From the NCBI RefSeq assembly GCF_009914755.1, contig NC_060940.1: 64,000 nucleotides of DNA. One strand, given 5' to 3'. This DNA comes from the human T2T-CHM13v2.0 reference genome, Homo sapiens. The position numbers and the translations under genes were made by a program. Numbering within the stretch: the first letter of the stretch is position 1; each line of letters starts with the position of its first letter. Below, in pieces: positions 61,452 to 64,000 of the stretch. The notes below the pieces were generated by a model, which searched no databases, was not told the origin of the DNA, and saw nothing but the letters and a program-made list of their open reading frames with translations.

Positions 61452-62612
61452 GTTTAAAGGCATCTCACACTGAATAAGGCCAGTGCAGAACCCTGTTCTT
61501 CCTCCTGACTTGTGCGTCTGCGGTTTTCTCCATCTTCCTAAATGGCACCACTTTCCATTCAGCTAGCTAATCAAGTTAAACAGCCTGAGTCATCCTTGAT
61601 TTCTCTCTTTCCCTCACTGTCTACATCTAGTCACTCAATGAGTTACAGTCCCTTCTAAAATATCTCATAAAGCCAACCATTGTTTTCTATCTGTGTTGCT
61701 ACCACAAATCTAACTTGCCATTTTCTCTTGCCGGGAGTACTACCAGTAGACTCCTTCCTGTACTCTGCAAGCTGATTCCAAATCCGCCCACGCTCTGGCG
61801 TGTGCCCACATCTCCTGCCTTACCTGTCACCACACTCCTCGTTCTACTCTCCAGCCCCCTCAGCCTGCCCCTAGGAAGGGCCAGGGTTACTCCACCCTCC
61901 AGGGTCTTGTGTTTCCTATACTCCCTCTCCCCCAAATCTCCACATGGCTGGCTTCGTGTCCTCCCAGTCTCCATTCAGTGTCACCGCCTCAGTGAGGCCT
62001 TCCCTGGCAGTCCAGTCTGATCCAATGGTGCCTTCTGTCTGACTAATCCATTGTATTGCCCAGTTTTATTTTCCTGATTGAAATATCAGGATCCCCAGTC
62101 TTCTCGATTACGTCGTTGTTGGCTCTTTATGGTCCATCTCCCCTCTAGAATGTAACTTCCAGGAAGGCAGGGATCAAGCTTACCTTGCTTCCCTTTGAAT
62201 CCTGGCTCGGAGGATGGACTCTGCATGAGATAGGCACTAAAAGACTGTGACATTAACATTCTGGTGTTTCTCTGAGAGGACTCTAGTCGCGGTTTGCCTT
62301 GCCCTATGGACAGAGAAAGAAAGATTTTAATCCTTCTCAGAGTCGAAGCTCTTTTACAGGCATCATCCCGAATACACTTGATAGTCACACTATCACTTTC
62401 CTCCTTACCTAACATTGCGGCTGCTGGTCCTCATCCCTTGTACCATGTTTAAAGAATATTGATCCTGAAGGTAAATTTCAGTTATATACAAAAGAAAGAT
62501 AATTACTTAGAATCTGGTTCTGTCTCAATTCACAATGAAGGAAATGAACCAGTGCCTACGGTCCTTTCTTTATCAGAATCTAGAATGTGTGTGTGACCCA
62601 GTGATCTAAGAC

Positions 62613-62765
62613 AGAGATGGGAAAACCTCTTTTGTAAAGGGCCAGAGGGTGGATGTGTTGGTGGGATGGACGTCGTAACTATTCACCTCCGTCAAAGCGG
62701 CATGGAAACAGATGAATATAAGCAAATGGCTGTGGCCACGTTCCGTCAAACTTTATGAAACTGAT
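62613..62765. mobile_element. MER58-like fragment
   Basis: aaacctcttttgtaaagggccaga...aactattcacctc...aaacttta. Confidence 0.55.
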
Positions 62766-62871
62766 TTCCAAAAAGTAAAAGTCAGTTTCTACAGTTACAG
62801 CAGGCACACTTCTATGTTTTTTGCACTGACGCTGTAATTTTCTGTTTATCATTATTGATTGTGTTATCTAC

Positions 62872-63215
62872 TGTCTTAGTGTGTTCAGGCTATTTTAACA
62901 AAATACCATAAACTGAGAAACTTATAAACAACAAAAATGTATTTCTCACAGTTCTGAAGGCCAAGGTCAAGGCAGATGTGGGGTCTGGTGAGGGCCCACT
63001 TTGTGGTTCATAGAGGGCATGTTCTTGCCATGTTCTCACATCGTGGAAGGACAGGGGGTCTCTGGGGCCTTTTTTATAAGGGCATAAATCCCATTCGTGA
63101 GGGCTCTGCCCTCATGACCTAAGCGCCTCCCAAAGGCCCTGCTCTTCTAATACATTACCTTGGGGGTTAGAATTTCATTGCGCTTTTGAGGGAACACAAA
63201 CATTCAGACCATAGT
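62872..63215 (-). mobile_element. MLT1A-like LTR
   Basis: tgtcttagt...aacaaaataccataaactg...tttctcacagttctg...aacattcagaccatag. Confidence 0.85.
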
Positions 63216-64000
63216 TTCTCCTGTTCTTTCACTTTGGAAACTTCCTGCTAGGTAATACCTTTTATAAAACGCCATGGAGTGACTTGGGGCCACACTGTTA
63301 GGGTGAATGCATTTTAAAAGACATCTCATCAGTGCACATTTTCTAAAAGCACTTCTAGTTTAAGAGGATCAATCTTGGCTCTTGAGGAGCTTCTGGGCTC
63401 GTGTTAGTGAGGATAAGCCCAAGCTTGTCACCGTTCAAAAGTTTTAAAGATAATTTTCAAGAAATGATGTTTATAAACACCTGCCCAAAGGTCATGTGAT
63501 CTGGCTATGTGAGACCCTTTTGTTCTTGAAGTAAGCTAGATAAAAGGCAGAAACAAATGCAGCCCAAACCATTTTACTGCTCAGAGAATCTTCTTTTGCA
63601 ATTTACCGTGAAGCTGTCTGTCTGTTGCAGGCTGTAGACTGGCAGTCGATAGAGGTATGGAGTTGGTCCACATAGTTGCTTTTGTTTTTTTTAAAAAATA
63701 ATTAGTTTGACCAATATTAAAACATAGATGAATTTTAGCCCCACCCTAGTGAAACACTTGCCCACGAACACCAGGAGAAACACAGCCATGTTCACAGCAT
63801 CGCTCACGATGGCAAAACATTCCACACAACTTAGATATCCATCGATAAGAGAGTCGATTTTTAAAAAGTGTGTTACAGCATAGAAATCAACACAGCAAGG
63901 AAAATGGATGAACCTCAGCTGTGCACATCAGTTTGGATGGATCTAATGAAAATTGTGTGGCTCGAAGAAAGCGAGTTACAGCCAAACACATTCGTAAGAA

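Overview
Primate (almost certainly human) intronic DNA, dense in Alu, L1, L2, MIR, LTR and DNA-transposon remnants. The only convincing coding sequence is one 104-nt + strand exon (38442-38545). It encodes (V)PNLWSVDGEVTVAEQKPGEIAEELASSYERKLIE, which I recognise from memory as sorting nexin 29 (SNX29), in the coiled-coil region before the PX domain. The rest of the window is therefore most likely two very large SNX29 introns. The other ORFs in the track are Alu, simple-repeat or VNTR artefacts. I see no evidence of a new multi-gene system. The most notable structure is a ~1.58-kb minisatellite with a 46-bp unit (21113-22692). It carries a GTRAGT splice-donor core in nearly every unit on the sense strand, sits directly behind two good splice acceptors, contains a 276-bp higher-order repeat, and is stop-free in all three antisense frames. 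Other leads: a candidate 3-nt microexon, a hairpin that displays a splice donor and hides an AATAAA, a tail-only retrotransposition scar, a MER1B split by foreign DNA, and a sense ERV1 solo LTR inserted inside an Alu. Repeat boundaries and subfamily names were judged by eye and are approximate.
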